Assembly (NCBI GenBank): GCA_900088475.1
Contig: FLMG01001375.1
Span: forward strand, 1-64,000
DNA length: 64,000 nucleotides
Reading direction: 5' to 3'
Source: Hyphochytrium catenoides
Taxonomy: Eukaryota > Protista > Hyphochytriomycota
In this document: positions 38,125-49,678 of the stretch, piece by piece
How the letters are laid out: each line of letters opens with the position of its first letter
Position numbering within the stretch: the stretch's first letter is position 1
Notes under the pieces: generated by a model
The model's input: only the letters and a program-made list of their open reading frames with translations
What the model was told of the DNA's origin: nothing
Databases searched by the model: none
Translations under genes and position numbers: made by a program

Positions 38125-40618
38125 ATGGCGGACCAGCTGCGGGTGTTTGTCCATCTGAATGGCGGGGGGGAAGATCCAAACAAGCTCAAGGAGACACCCG
38201 CTATTGTCTTTCTGCAAAAACCGCTACGATGGGATGAAGTCGTATCAGAACTCTTAAGGACTGCCAACGCCGACCTGCCAGGAACTATATACACCCGCGC
38301 CGATCTCGACCCTTGCCGGTTATTCCTTCTTCCCGGAGGACCAAGTGGCATTGCTGCAGAAGTACGTGCACGTCCTGTTCCTATGCTCTTGATTGAAGTG
38401 CCTTGTCGGCCCTCATACGGAAATGAGCCTATCATTATTATCCTTTGATTGGTGTTATGCTTATGCATCTTAACCCATATTTATCTGCCTCCCTGAGCAG
38501 CTAACTAGGCGGTCAATAGAAGTGGGGGTGAGAGACAATGATCACATCGCCATTAGCAGACACAGAGAGGACTACAAGAGGCCAGACAGGCCAAGGAAAG
38601 CTGTTGGACAGTCTCAGTTATCTTCATCCTTACCTCCTCGAAAAGAGAGTCACGTCCTCGCTGGCCCTCTACCTGCCCCGAGCGATATCCGCTTTCCCTC
38701 AGCGATCAATGTGCAGCCAAGGAGGGTACCACCGGTATGGACTTACAGCTTGTAGGGCTGCTAAATAGCCTTAGCTCTCATTGTTTACTAAGTTCCCTCC
38801 GCGATTTATTTTACTCTCAGCCACCGACCCAGCGGCCCGCTTATGGCCCCACCCAGGCCGAGATAGCAAAAGCTGCGGCAGATAATAGGAAGAAGAGATA
38901 CCGGAGCATATCAGGTAGTGGAGCCAACACTTGGACGCGATCTCTATCGTCACTATCCGTCCCGCTTCTAAGGCAGGAACATTTATGTGCTGTTTGTCTT
39001 TCCCACTAGCATGTCGTCTTTGTCTCTCTTTTTTTTCTTCTCTCTCTCTCTCTGTCTCTTCCTCTGTACCTTTCTCTCGGTCTGCTTCTCTTCCTCTGTT
39101 GATGATCACAGTCCACTTTGAGGATCGTTGCTGGTCCTTGGGCCTGTGTGTGCATTCTGCCTTTCCTGTAGTTGAATCCTTGTGTTTCATGATGCAGGGA
39201 AAATGGGTGCTATGAAGAAGCTTTTCTCCTTGGGCGTGATATCAAATGACGAGAAGGGTATTTTGAAGGATTTGCTGGTACAAGGAGACAACTCTTCTTT
39301 GGAAGAAGCTCTGGATAATTATGTAGCAACAGGGAATACTTCGCAGCTCACAGCATTGCTCAATGAGGTGAGATAAGAGAGTCCGATTGGGCTAGGCGAT
39401 CGTCAGGGAAACAGCATTGTCCTTACATACTAGAGTCCATTGACCTCGACAGCTAGAAGTCTTCGTTGTTAACAGCGATCGTGCAGGAGCGTACTAAGCT
39501 ATATAGAAAGAGAGGAGACGTCGGAGATGAAGAGTTCAAGACTGTGGCCGATCTTCTGGTTCAGGGCATCGACATGGATGGGCTCGCCTTTACTGAAGTG
39601 AGTCACCTAAAAGGCAGACCCTATGTTATCCTCACAACAACTAACATCGCGGTGCGAAACCTACCCCTCCTTGTATCTCCATCCCTGCTCATAGCCAGCT
39701 AGTTATGTTCCTGCACCCTCTCAGCACGATACGCACAACCTTCTACCCTCTGGACATCCTCTGGATGCTGGAGCTCGCTTACTTCAAGCTCTGGACGAAG
39801 ATTTACAGCCCTGGGCTCCTGTACAGAGTAACACCGCTCCTACGAGCAAGGCCGTTAGCCCTCCAATTGAAGAGCAAGCTTTACCTCCGCTTTCACTGGG
39901 GACAGTACCGGCAATAGGTGGCGGCGTGGGAACGTTCGCACCTTCCACAACATCTCCAGGATACCGCTTGAGTACCATGCCTACACCGCAACAGGCCAGC
40001 TTCTATTCCCATCAAGGAGCTGGGCTTGCTGCTGCTAGTTGGGGATATGTTCCTACGGCAGGAAGCATACCAGGTGTGGGTATACTCTCGCCTCAAATGC
40101 ACATGTACATGCAAGCTGGTGGCCAATTGCATGGCAACCCCCTTATTTCTCAACAACTATCAGCTGCAGGACTCGCTTCTTACGGGGCAGCTGCAAACTA
40201 TGCCATGTACTTGAACAGTTATGACTCTTTGGCCAATCAGAACACTGGTAGTAGGGCCAGGGCCAAGTTGGAGATGCCAAACTATCCTCCTCCTGTCTCT
40301 AAGGAAGAGAGAAAGAAGAAAATTCAGAAATGGCTAGAGAAAAGAGCTAGAAGGGACTTCTCGAACAAGTCTTCTTATCCTGTGCGGCGGAACATTGCTA
40401 CTCAACGCAAGAGAGGAGAGGATGGCCGCTTCATCAAGACAGGTGAAAAAGTAACCGGAACTGGCAGGGTGTCGACGGACGCTGGGGATAGTCCTCCTGA
40501 TGACCCGTCCTATTACTTTGCGGATGGGGAGCAGGAGGGCGGAGGGGGAGTGTATCTAGGGGAGGACCAATTTCAGGGAGAGTTCGTTTGGCCGCAGGCC
40601 TCCCCTAGCGCTTTATAG
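38125..40618 (+). CDS. CCT-domain protein (CONSTANS/TOC1-type C-terminal domain), multi-exon
   Basis: EERKKKIQKWLEKRARRDFSNKSSYPVRRNIATQRKRGEDGRFIK fits the CCT consensus. A central helical segment reads GVISNDEKGILKDLLV. Confidence 0.85.
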
Positions 40619-40947
40619 CTAGTTCAAGTCTCACTCCGTTTCTTTTGTGCTGTCTTCTCTGGCTTCCTGTCAGACTTTGTCACTAAGGCCGTGTTCCATT
40701 GCTATTCATCTTCTCCTCAGTTCATCTAGCTCCATTTCTATCTGTTCGGCCCCTATTTATGAAAAACAATCAAGCTCATGATGCTGATAGAGGATGCTTC
40801 ACCAGTTTTGCTCGCTGTACATTTGACAGACGTTCGGTAGTCGGCACAGTCAAATATCTGTTTCTTGTGCGGCGCGTTTAGAAGAAGGCTTGGAACCTCT
40901 AGGTAGTGAGGCTGTCCTAAGTTGTTAGGCAATGGATATACTGGCGA

Positions 40948-40993
40948 GGACCCGACTACTCCGCATTTGCTGGACCCGACTACTCCGCATTTG
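40948..40993 (+). repeat. 24-bp-period tandem duplication
   Basis: GGACCCGACTACTCCGCATTTG occurs at 40948 and 40972. Confidence 0.9.
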
Positions 40994-41891
40994 ACGCTCC
41001 GCTCTGGAAGACATGTCTTGCGGGCCTCTGCAGAAGGCTTCTTGCCTCTGGTCAGTTACTGGTAACCATGGTACAGGTAGCATTTATGTCACTAAGAAGT
41101 CACCTTGCACTGGAAGTTTGGTAGCGCACCCTACACCTTAAAGAACGAAAGCGGTGAGCTATTTGTGTTTGCCACAGATGAGGAAAGCAACTGCAGAGAT
41201 AGCTGCGTTCTGCTTGCGGGTGGATCATTATCCAACCTTTTAGTAAGCTTGACGAACCTTTAAGGCAGTGCCACTGTGCTCGAGGACATCATGACAGGGT
41301 TAGACACATTTGGAGAGAGATGCACACGAGCCCATGCGATGGACAGACAGACAGACGGCCCGACATTCGAATATGATCGTCCTTTTTTAGTTTGTCCCTT
41401 AGCAAGTGACACGTTTGGAGTGCATTTTAAGGCTGTCCAAGTGGCGTCCATTTTGCGTCCGTCATTCAATCGCAATTAGAAGGTGCTTCACAAGCCTCAT
41501 GCGACTAAAAGCCGCAATCAACCCATCACAGCTCACAACCACGTTTGTACTCCATCACAGGTTAGACCTTCAGCTTCAGCAGTGGATCGGCGCTCAGATA
41601 GGGTCAAGGACGACAGAGTTCAGCATAGATGCATGTTAGTGGAAACGTAGGTAGATAGTCTGCAGAAAGAGAATGCAACTGAGGCATCCCAAACTGCAAT
41701 GGGGTATCCTTGAAGCGGGATTATGGCGGTAAAGTGGCAACAGGCGCTTCTCCTGTTGAGAAGTTTATCAAGGATCCAACGACTAAGAAGTCTCACCACA
41801 GGCAATCAAGGTAAATAAGCTAATAGCTAATACTTTATTTGTACACAGGGTCTGTGTATACCCAGGAAGAAGGCGGAGAATAACCTCTCCT

Positions 41892-44635
41892 CTACCTGAC
41901 GCCATCTGCGGAAGCTAGAGCCTCCAAAACGAGTGTGCGGGCTAACAAATAGTCTCGTGGGTCTAAAGAAAAGAGCTGTTGGCGCTCTACACTACGCTTG
42001 CTAACCTTGTTAAAGTCGCTCAGGTCTGAGGTCCGTAAGATTAACTTCATAACCTGGTAGAAAAATAAAGTTAGAGAACATTTAGCTTCCTCCAATCTAC
42101 TTTGCATGCTTCAAAAACAACTGTGTCTCACGCCTTCTTCTCTCTCTGTAAAGTCCAAGTGGTGATGACTCTTGCCCTCCTTATACGCAATGCAGTCTCG
42201 TACCTTTCGGAACAGATCTTCCGCCTGCGTCTGAGGTAAGAGCGTCTCTGCAAGCTTCAGTAGCTCATAGTCCTGCACTGCAGCCCGCAGGGACTCGTAT
42301 CTTAAGGTCTCTACTGGGTACCCGTCCGGGCCAGGTAGTACAAAATACATATCGCCTACTTGCCAGCTCTCCGCCCTCCACTTGAGGCTCCTCCAAGGCT
42401 CAGCGGGCCATAAGCAGAAGTTCCAGCGCAGGAAACCGTCCAGCTTGAGGAAAAAGGTGAGCCAACCTATGAGCTGGCCCTCTACCAACGAAGAGCCTAC
42501 GAAATTGTTCGGAAAGGGAGGCACGCAACAGACGTACCAGAGCATCCTGCCGCCATTGGCATGCACATGCTCTCTCAACTCTCGTGTGATCTTCATGTCT
42601 TCACAGACAAGAGGTAGTAGTGGGACACAGTCAATCACTTCAGGCGGTGCAAACTTCATGAACTCGAAGTGATTGATGGCGACTTTGAGTTTGAATTCTG
42701 GTGCTACCGAGCGCAGGAATTCCACCTGGAAGAGAAGGCATTAGAACACTAGATTAGTCACAGGAGGCAGTCTATCCTGACAAAGAAAGAGAGTTCTGAG
42801 GAGCATGGATAGAGAGTGATCGCGGCAGCGCAATGATCTTCTTCTGTTCGTCAAAGTCCCTGAACTCTCAGTCCAAAAAGGGTTTCTACAGAGCGTGCTA
42901 CGCACCTGATTGTAGAAGAGTTGCATATTGCTAGGCTCATCCGCGCATATTCTCACTCTGTCGAGCACTCCCCTCTCTTTGAAAAAGTTATAGACCCCTC
43001 TCAAAAAGGCCTTAACCTCTGACACAGTCCGAAGGTAGCGAAAGGAACAGTCGCTCTGTCCCATCAGTGTGAGGATAGCGATGTCAGACGGTATGAAGCT
43101 CCAAGAAGGCGCCAAGCATAACAGCAGCTATTAAGCACTATAGGAAAGGCCAGAGAGAAATAGAGAGAGCTAGATAAAGTGTTACCTCATTATAGCAACG
43201 GATTCGCCAGTTATCTACTGCCCCTTCTATTGTGCCTCCAAAGCCATACGCCTCGTCCACCCAAATCTACCATCAATAAGGTGAGAAGCCAGACAGATGG
43301 GGAGAACGTTTGGCGGATGCTGAGGCTCCTTTCGCTAACCCAGCAGTGCCTCAGTGGTCAAGTAAGAATCAAGAACGTAAGGCTCACTCAATAACGCGAA
43401 CACCCTTGGCCCCTCAGGCAACACCTTCCTTACCGACATGATCCCGAACAGCTCTATCTCCTTATGCATCGAGTACTTTTCAGCCAAGTATAAGAGCTTC
43501 TCCACCACTGAGAAGTCTAAAGTGATAGGGGTTCCGGTTCCACCCGTGCTCGATACGAAGATAGCAGAATGCTCATATAGAGAGGAAGGATAGCCCTTCT
43601 CTAGATAGCATTGCTGGCCAGCCCATGGCACTTCCGTGCAGACGATCGTTACAGCTTTCTGCCCTAGGACGGATAGGGACTCATAATACCGGTCGATCAG
43701 CTCAAAGTGTCGCTCCGACCAGAGCGAAGTGTGATGGCCCCGTGCTTCAAAAGAAAGAGAGGCAGAGACAGGCAGAGCGTGATTCTCGTCAGACCGTTGT
43801 GAGACAGACCGCAATTGAAGAGCCGAAGCGTCAGACAATGACGTTTGAAATGGGTTCGGTTCTTCCTGATATACTGAGTCCCATAGATTAACAGATCTGA
43901 TCGTGCTTTGTCCACCTACCGATAGAGCTTAAATGCTGCCATAGATCCAGATGAAACTTCCAGTCCCCAGGGTCAGGAAGATGGACATTTTCGACTTTCA
44001 GCAGTATGGATCCTCTCCAACTGACTGCCTCATCGCAGAAGCCAGCAGCATGTGTATAGACACAAGCCTCCACCTCGTAGGTGCCGGGCGGGGTTGAAGA
44101 AGGGACTGTTATCCTGTCGATTAAAGTCAACGTCAAGAATGTATAGAACGAACCAAGGTGGAATGTGGTTAAGGTGTATATCAAGCCCTTGGAGAGCTGC
44201 CATGGTCTTGACGTCTCTCTCTCTCCTTTGTTAGCAGCGATGCCTCACATTTCTTTAAACTTCCATTTCTTGTACTTATTGATCGTATTTACTGGAGTCG
44301 GCGACAGCTTACCTCACAAAGACCGCGTGAGCCTTCGAGGCTTTGTTTGAAAAGCCGTTCTGCTCGAAGTATTCCATCACCATGTTTCCACCTTCATCCT
44401 CCACAAAGCCCACTATTAGGGCCTCTATATCGTCGAGAGAGATACCTCCCTTGTTGTTAACTATGTGGAAGGCCAATCTGGCTCGTGGAGCATGCCCGAA
44501 GGGATGGAGCCAGGCAGTTTCGTCTGTTGAGAAAACAAAAGGTCTCGAAGACGAGATGTGAATTTGAAGTGCACAGACTTCGTTCCTCGCTGCCGAGAGC
44601 TTGTAGGTGCTAGTAAGATCTCTGTCGTAGTACAT
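41892..44635 (-). CDS. DUF4091/GH123-like glycoside hydrolase of bacterial type, multi-exon
   Basis: LSAARNEV, WKFHLDLWQHLSSIARGHHTSLWSERHFELIDRYYESLSVLGQKAVTIVCTEVPW, RICADEP, LWYVCCVP, LDGFLRWNFCLWP, GDMYFVLPG, TLRYESLRAAVQDYELL (the last is the DUF4091 C-terminal motif). Confidence 0.8.
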
Positions 44636-44763
44636 GTAGATAGAAGGAGAAAGATATTAGACCGCGTAGCTGACAAGACAGACGGAGCCACCTTCATGAT
44701 GGGGAACTTTCTCGAGGACAGAGGGAAGAGAGATAGGTGAAAGAGTGTGGGATGACGGAGGAT

Positions 44764-46770
44764 TTAGGTGATTCCTTGGCTAAGAGTTCCATAAAGGGCA
44801 AGCCAGCAGTGGTAGGTGTCCGTAAGTTGAAGAAGAGCCATGGTGAATGACCTTTCATCTAACTCTAGGCCATCGGTTGACATCTCATCCTCGTGCTCTT
44901 GTGTTTCACTGGCCATCGGGGAGGATTTTGGAGCTGCGTCTTCGCTGTGCCGAATCTTTCCATATTCGACACTATGCATAACCAGGACGGGGGACCACGA
45001 AGAACCAAGAAAGTGAGGCAAGATAAGGGAGAGTCAGGACGATTGGATAGAAAAGGAAAAACAGGGACAACCGGAGCAAATAGGGGTGGCTGAAAGAGAG
45101 CCAACGAGCTCAATGATGGGTCTACTTTCTGAGGTGCCTGGCTGACCTTGTCCCTTCTTCGTCATGATCGCCAGCCTCTCCTTCTCCTCCTTCACTTTCA
45201 CTCTCTTCCATATGCGAGTGATCTCGCATGGCCTGACTGAGGGCGTACTTCTTCGCTGTACATGGGGAAGCTTTGTAAGAAGTAGGTTCGGCGATAGGAG
45301 AAGCATCATCTGGGCAATAGAGCACTACGGATAATATCTGACGAAAGGGCCAGGCTGCTCTTCCCCATACGCCGTGTAGACGGCACAGTGACAGCAGGGA
45401 GAAGAAGAGGAAGCTGTGGCATATTTTGAGAGAGAGACTACGGTAAGAGGAGAAGGTCGACGAGGCACTGACATGAGGTGTGGAGTCGGTGCCCTGGACT
45501 CTGCGTGTGAACCGTCGAGACTGCTGAGGCTGCTGGCGTGTCGTGTTCGGCACTGGTGCTAGCCAGAGTCTCACTCAACCGCATAAAGTCCACATCAATA
45601 GGCATAGGCTGAAAATTAGCTGAGGTGTGGGATAGAAAGGTAATAAAGGTCAGTGAGTGAGAGGGGATGAACGCCAGCAGTTAGCGGAATAGGACAGAGA
45701 AGGCAAGGGCAATGAGAGGATAGAGGTTGCCAGCCCTAAGATGAGTCGCTCGGCTGAAGACGGTCGAGCAATCCTGTTGGATGCCTTCAGGTAGACATGG
45801 ACATAAGATGCTAGTTCGATGAGTTGGAAGTTGCCGAGAGAGAAGATCGAGTAGATGAGTCGATAGTCAAGAGCATGAGAGAGGCGAAACACAGCAAGCT
45901 GAAGAGAGAGAGAAGAATAGACCATACTTGCGTAAGAGGAAGGACTTTGGTTCCTCGCTGCCAGGCTTGGGACTTCAGTCATCAGTGGAGGCCCTGCCTC
46001 CTTCCTCCTCCGATTGTACCCAATCTTGGTCATCGCATGCTGGAACTCGACCCGAACCTGACAACGAGAGGACATGTCAGATTATTATTGAGCGCAGGAC
46101 AAGGGGTACGCCCTTCAAAGAAAGAGAAAGCTGGAAAAAGTCATAGGAAAGAAAGGCCAAGTCCCCGCAGAGAAAGAATAGACTGAGAGGAGTGTGCATC
46201 CCGAGGGCCAAGCAATGCAAGCGCAAGGAGAAGGGGAGAAAAGCTCTACCTGGAATTCCTCGTCATCGAACATCTGGCCCAGCCGATGCTGCGAAGACAG
46301 ACAGAGAGAGAGAGAGAGAGAGAGAGAGNNNNNNNNNNNNNNNNNNNNNNNNNNNNNNNNNNNNNNNNNNNNNNAGACGAAGAGAGGAAGGGGACTCAGG
46401 AGCAGAGGTACAAAATAGGAGAATAGGAGTGAAGAGAGACAGAAGGAGGCAGAGGAGAGACAGAGAGAGAGAGCTTCTCAGCTTAGAGCTGCTGAGCAGA
46501 AGCCCGTCTCCAGGACTTACCGGGCGTGGCCGACTCTCCATCCTGCTTCTAGCTTCAGTTGAGATGCAGACACTTCCCCCTTCAGCCCATCCCTCAGCTG
46601 TCAGCGAGCTGTACGTCCCAGCTTGTCCGTTAGGAAGGTATGATAGTCCTCCGGGCTGCAAGTAGAGTAGAAGCTTACAGAGTGGTCTCAACAGTGACAA
46701 GTGCTCTCTTTCCCGTCACCGCTGCTGCTGCTGCTGCTGCTGCTGTGTCGCTGGGGACATGGATGGATGC
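44764..46770 (-). CDS. Unknown low-complexity multi-exon protein; model tentative
   Basis: Candidate exons with GT/AG ends (HRLGQMFDDEEFQ|VRVEFQHAMTKIGYNRRRKEAG...; acidic 45122-45310; terminal ...LYGTLSQGIT*). A (CAG)n run lies at ~46721-46745. The region spans an N gap. Confidence 0.35.
46329..46374. other. Assembly gap (N run) within GA microsatellite
   Basis: Run of n characters. Confidence 1.
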
Positions 46771-47448
46771 GAACTCCTGCTAAAGCTTTCTTCCTCCCAC
46801 ACTATGGCTGTTCTTCCCAGCAGATTATCTTCTTGCCTCTCTCCCTCTTCTCTTTCTCTCTCTCTCTCTCTCCCTCTCTCTCTCTCTGTCTCTCTCTCTC
46901 TGTCTCTCTCTCTCTTCCCTCTCTGCAGTAAGATCTCTCTCTCTCCTTTCAAACGGAGCCGTTCTCCTCCACTTTCCCTCCAGTTCTCTCTTCAACCCAT
47001 AAAACTCGTAATTCCAGATACACAGCTATAAACGGCTTTCTCTGAGGAGCTATAATAAGATCAGTATATCTGATATGGGTAAACGTCTGCTAGTGGTCCC
47101 ACAAACGTTGTATTTAGCAGACCCAGCACCCTGTTGATGGCTTTTGACTTTCCCCAAACATGTCTCTCTCCCTCTTTTTTCTGGCTCTCTTCTCCCATCA
47201 TCAGACGTCCAAGCCACGCCTCACGCCTCAACCTATCGGCAGCTTCCTGTCCTTCGATCCTCCTCAATGCCTCGGATCTCTGTCTGTCACTCTCTCACGG
47301 TCTCCATCTCGGCTTCTGAGACCTCCTCCTCGTTCCATCAAGCCTTATCTCTTTGTGGAAAGCCCTTGAGGACCAAACGAGTGTGAGAAAGGAGGCCTCG
47401 ATCTAGGAACTAGCCAAGAAGGAGAGAGAGGGACCTAGCCACCAAGCC

Positions 47449-49120
47449 ATGAACTCAGTGCAGACGCCCCCGGCCCTGTCATCTACTTTCTACGCCTTGG
47501 ACTTTGACGGCGTCCTGGTCGATAGCGCAGCTGAACTAGGAACGGCGGGATGGAAGACCTGTCGGGCACTTTGGCCTTCTAAGAGCTCTCCGTCTTCACC
47601 TTCCAAAGAGCTCATTGAGGACTTTTAGCGTGTTAGACCGGTACTGGAGACTGGGTATGAGAGTAAGGAAACTCCTGCTGAAGGGGAAAGAGTAGAATAG
47701 AGATGACACACTCCTTGTCGGCTCTTGCCATTCCCTAGTCCTCCCTGTGCCAGGAGCCTTCACCTTCGCAGGTCCACTTGCTCAGATTCTTTTGATCTAC
47801 CTTATGCCTACCCTCTCTTCTCACTTGGCTCTGGGTCTACCCACTCTACCCAGTCCGCTACGAAATCCTATCTGCATCAGATAGGCATTGCCGCTCAGAT
47901 CTGTGCCTCTTGCTGTCCCTTCTCCTGTATCACTGGGTCGCAGTCTCTTACTTTCTCCTTAAGAGCAGGCGTTATCTTGATTAAAGCGCTGGAAGAAGGC
48001 TGGAATACTGCCGAGGAACTCATCATTCGCTGGCCAGGACACAGCGATGACTTCTTTCACCGAGCTGGAGTCGGGCGAGAGAGAGTTATCGATCAGTTTG
48101 CGGCGTCACGGTGAGTCTATTAGGCTCTTAATGGGAACGAGACGATAGAGAAAGAAATGGCTGATTAGTCGCAAGCGGGAGACCAAAGGTAAACGTAGGG
48201 AGAAAAGGTGATGAAGGTCGGAAGAGTCCACAGACAGAGAAAGAGAGACAAAGAGAGAGAAAATGGAAGAGAAGAGGGAGAGTTAGGAATAGTGATAGGG
48301 CTTGGGGGATCAATAGGTCAGAATACTGAGGGTGAGAGAAAACGAGTATAAAGTGAAACGCCAAGCGAGTTGAAGCAAACTGTCTCGTGGGGTCTCTGTC
48401 TCTCTCTCCTTCTCTCTCTCTCTCTCTCTCTCTCTACCTCTACCTCCTCTCCCCCTCGCTCTCTTTCTCTCTCCCTCCTTAAACACTCTAGCTTACTTCT
48501 GGCTTTTTCACTATTGCAGAAAGGTCTGGATGGATGAGGATGTGCAGGCCTGGCTCTCTCAACATTCCTTCTATAGTGAAGCCGTCGACGCCGTCAAAGA
48601 TCTCTGCAAGACTGGGATTCCGGTGTATATTATCACAACCAAGGCCAAGGACTTCACGTTGGAGCTCCTTGATCATGCCGGGCTTCTAATTCCAGAAGAC
48701 AGAGTGTTCGGCCTTGGTAGTGGGGCCAAACAGGACGTTATAAGCAGGATCTTCGAGACAGATAAAGCCTTTCAAAGAGCTGTCTTCGTAGAAGACAGAG
48801 TGGAGACCTTAATCAAGGCTAAGCCACTTTTCGAGGAGAGGTTTGACTGTTTGGATCACCAATTTTCTAAGCTACCTTCCTGACGTTCACAACTTGTTCT
48901 CTCTATTTGTCCTTTGTCTGTTTGTCCGCTATATCTCCTTGGAACGTCTCCTATTCGGTTGTGTGCTAGGAGGCTCATTGTGGAACTAGTATTGGCAGAT
49001 TGGGGCTATAACACCGAAGCAGACAGGGAGAGAGCACGACAGAGTGGATGCAAAGTAACAAGCCTTAAGGAGTTCGAGCAGATGTGCGCGAAGCAGCATG
49101 GCATCGGGCAAGCTTCCTGA
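47449..49120 (+). pseudogene. HAD-superfamily hydrolase (cyanobacterial/plant-type) with one in-frame TAG in exon 1; null allele, sequencing error or readthrough
   Basis: YALDFDGVLVDS (HAD motif I), ...IEDF*RVRPVLETGYE, WMDEDVQAWLSQHSFY, IITTK, VFGLGSGAK, FVEDRVETL, LVLADWGYNT. TAG at 47626-47628; all other exons are intact. Confidence 0.7.
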
Positions 49121-49678
49121 TGCTATCAAAAGCCTAGCAGACCTACGTCAATGGCAATGGCACGATGAAGGCAAAGATGTAAGAGCAAAGATCCAAGGGC
49201 ATATTTGAACCTACTATTCATTCAGGGACCTGAGACTAAAAAAGTGACTGAGAGCTAAGGAGGGGCTGGAAGTGGGGTGAGAGATGAGAAGAGTAAGGTG
49301 AACATCTGCAGTTCGTTTCCAAAAGTGACATTAAGACTTAGTCTAATAAGAAACATTAGAGTACAGTCTCCGAAGAGAAAAATTTTAAAAAAGAGTAACC
49401 CTATCTTCAAAGCTTGCTGCCCACCTACTGTCAGCCTCTTCAACTCTCTCTCCTTCAGGCCATCTGACAAAATAGTGCTAGCGCTTCCTCTCTCTCTCGC
49501 TCGCTCCCTTCAGGCTTTATTGTTTCTTCCTGTAAACCACTAAGATAAATAAGCTGGATCTATTGAGTGTGTGCCCGCACAGTCGTTAGAGAAGAGCAAT
49601 GGAGGGGAGAAATAAACATCCCCTTTGTACTGCTCTGCTCTCTTTCCCTATCGCCCTCATTCCTCCACCTGCTGTCTT

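Noticed and set aside
40948-40993. Short direct repeats as a CRISPR array (also ~968-1001, ~1303-1357, 58323-58418)
   Set aside because: Only two adjacent copies each, no spacer series, no cas genes, and the context is eukaryotic.
41000-41850. Small ORFs between the CCT and DUF4091 genes
   Set aside because: Could not be joined into a coherent spliced ORF. No motifs.
47626-47628. TAG reassigned to a sense codon (variant nuclear code)
   Set aside because: TAG terminates the PPase, CCT, DUF4091 and repeat-protein genes. The long conserved ORFs (NadB, ADC synthase, LRR protein) contain no internal TAG.
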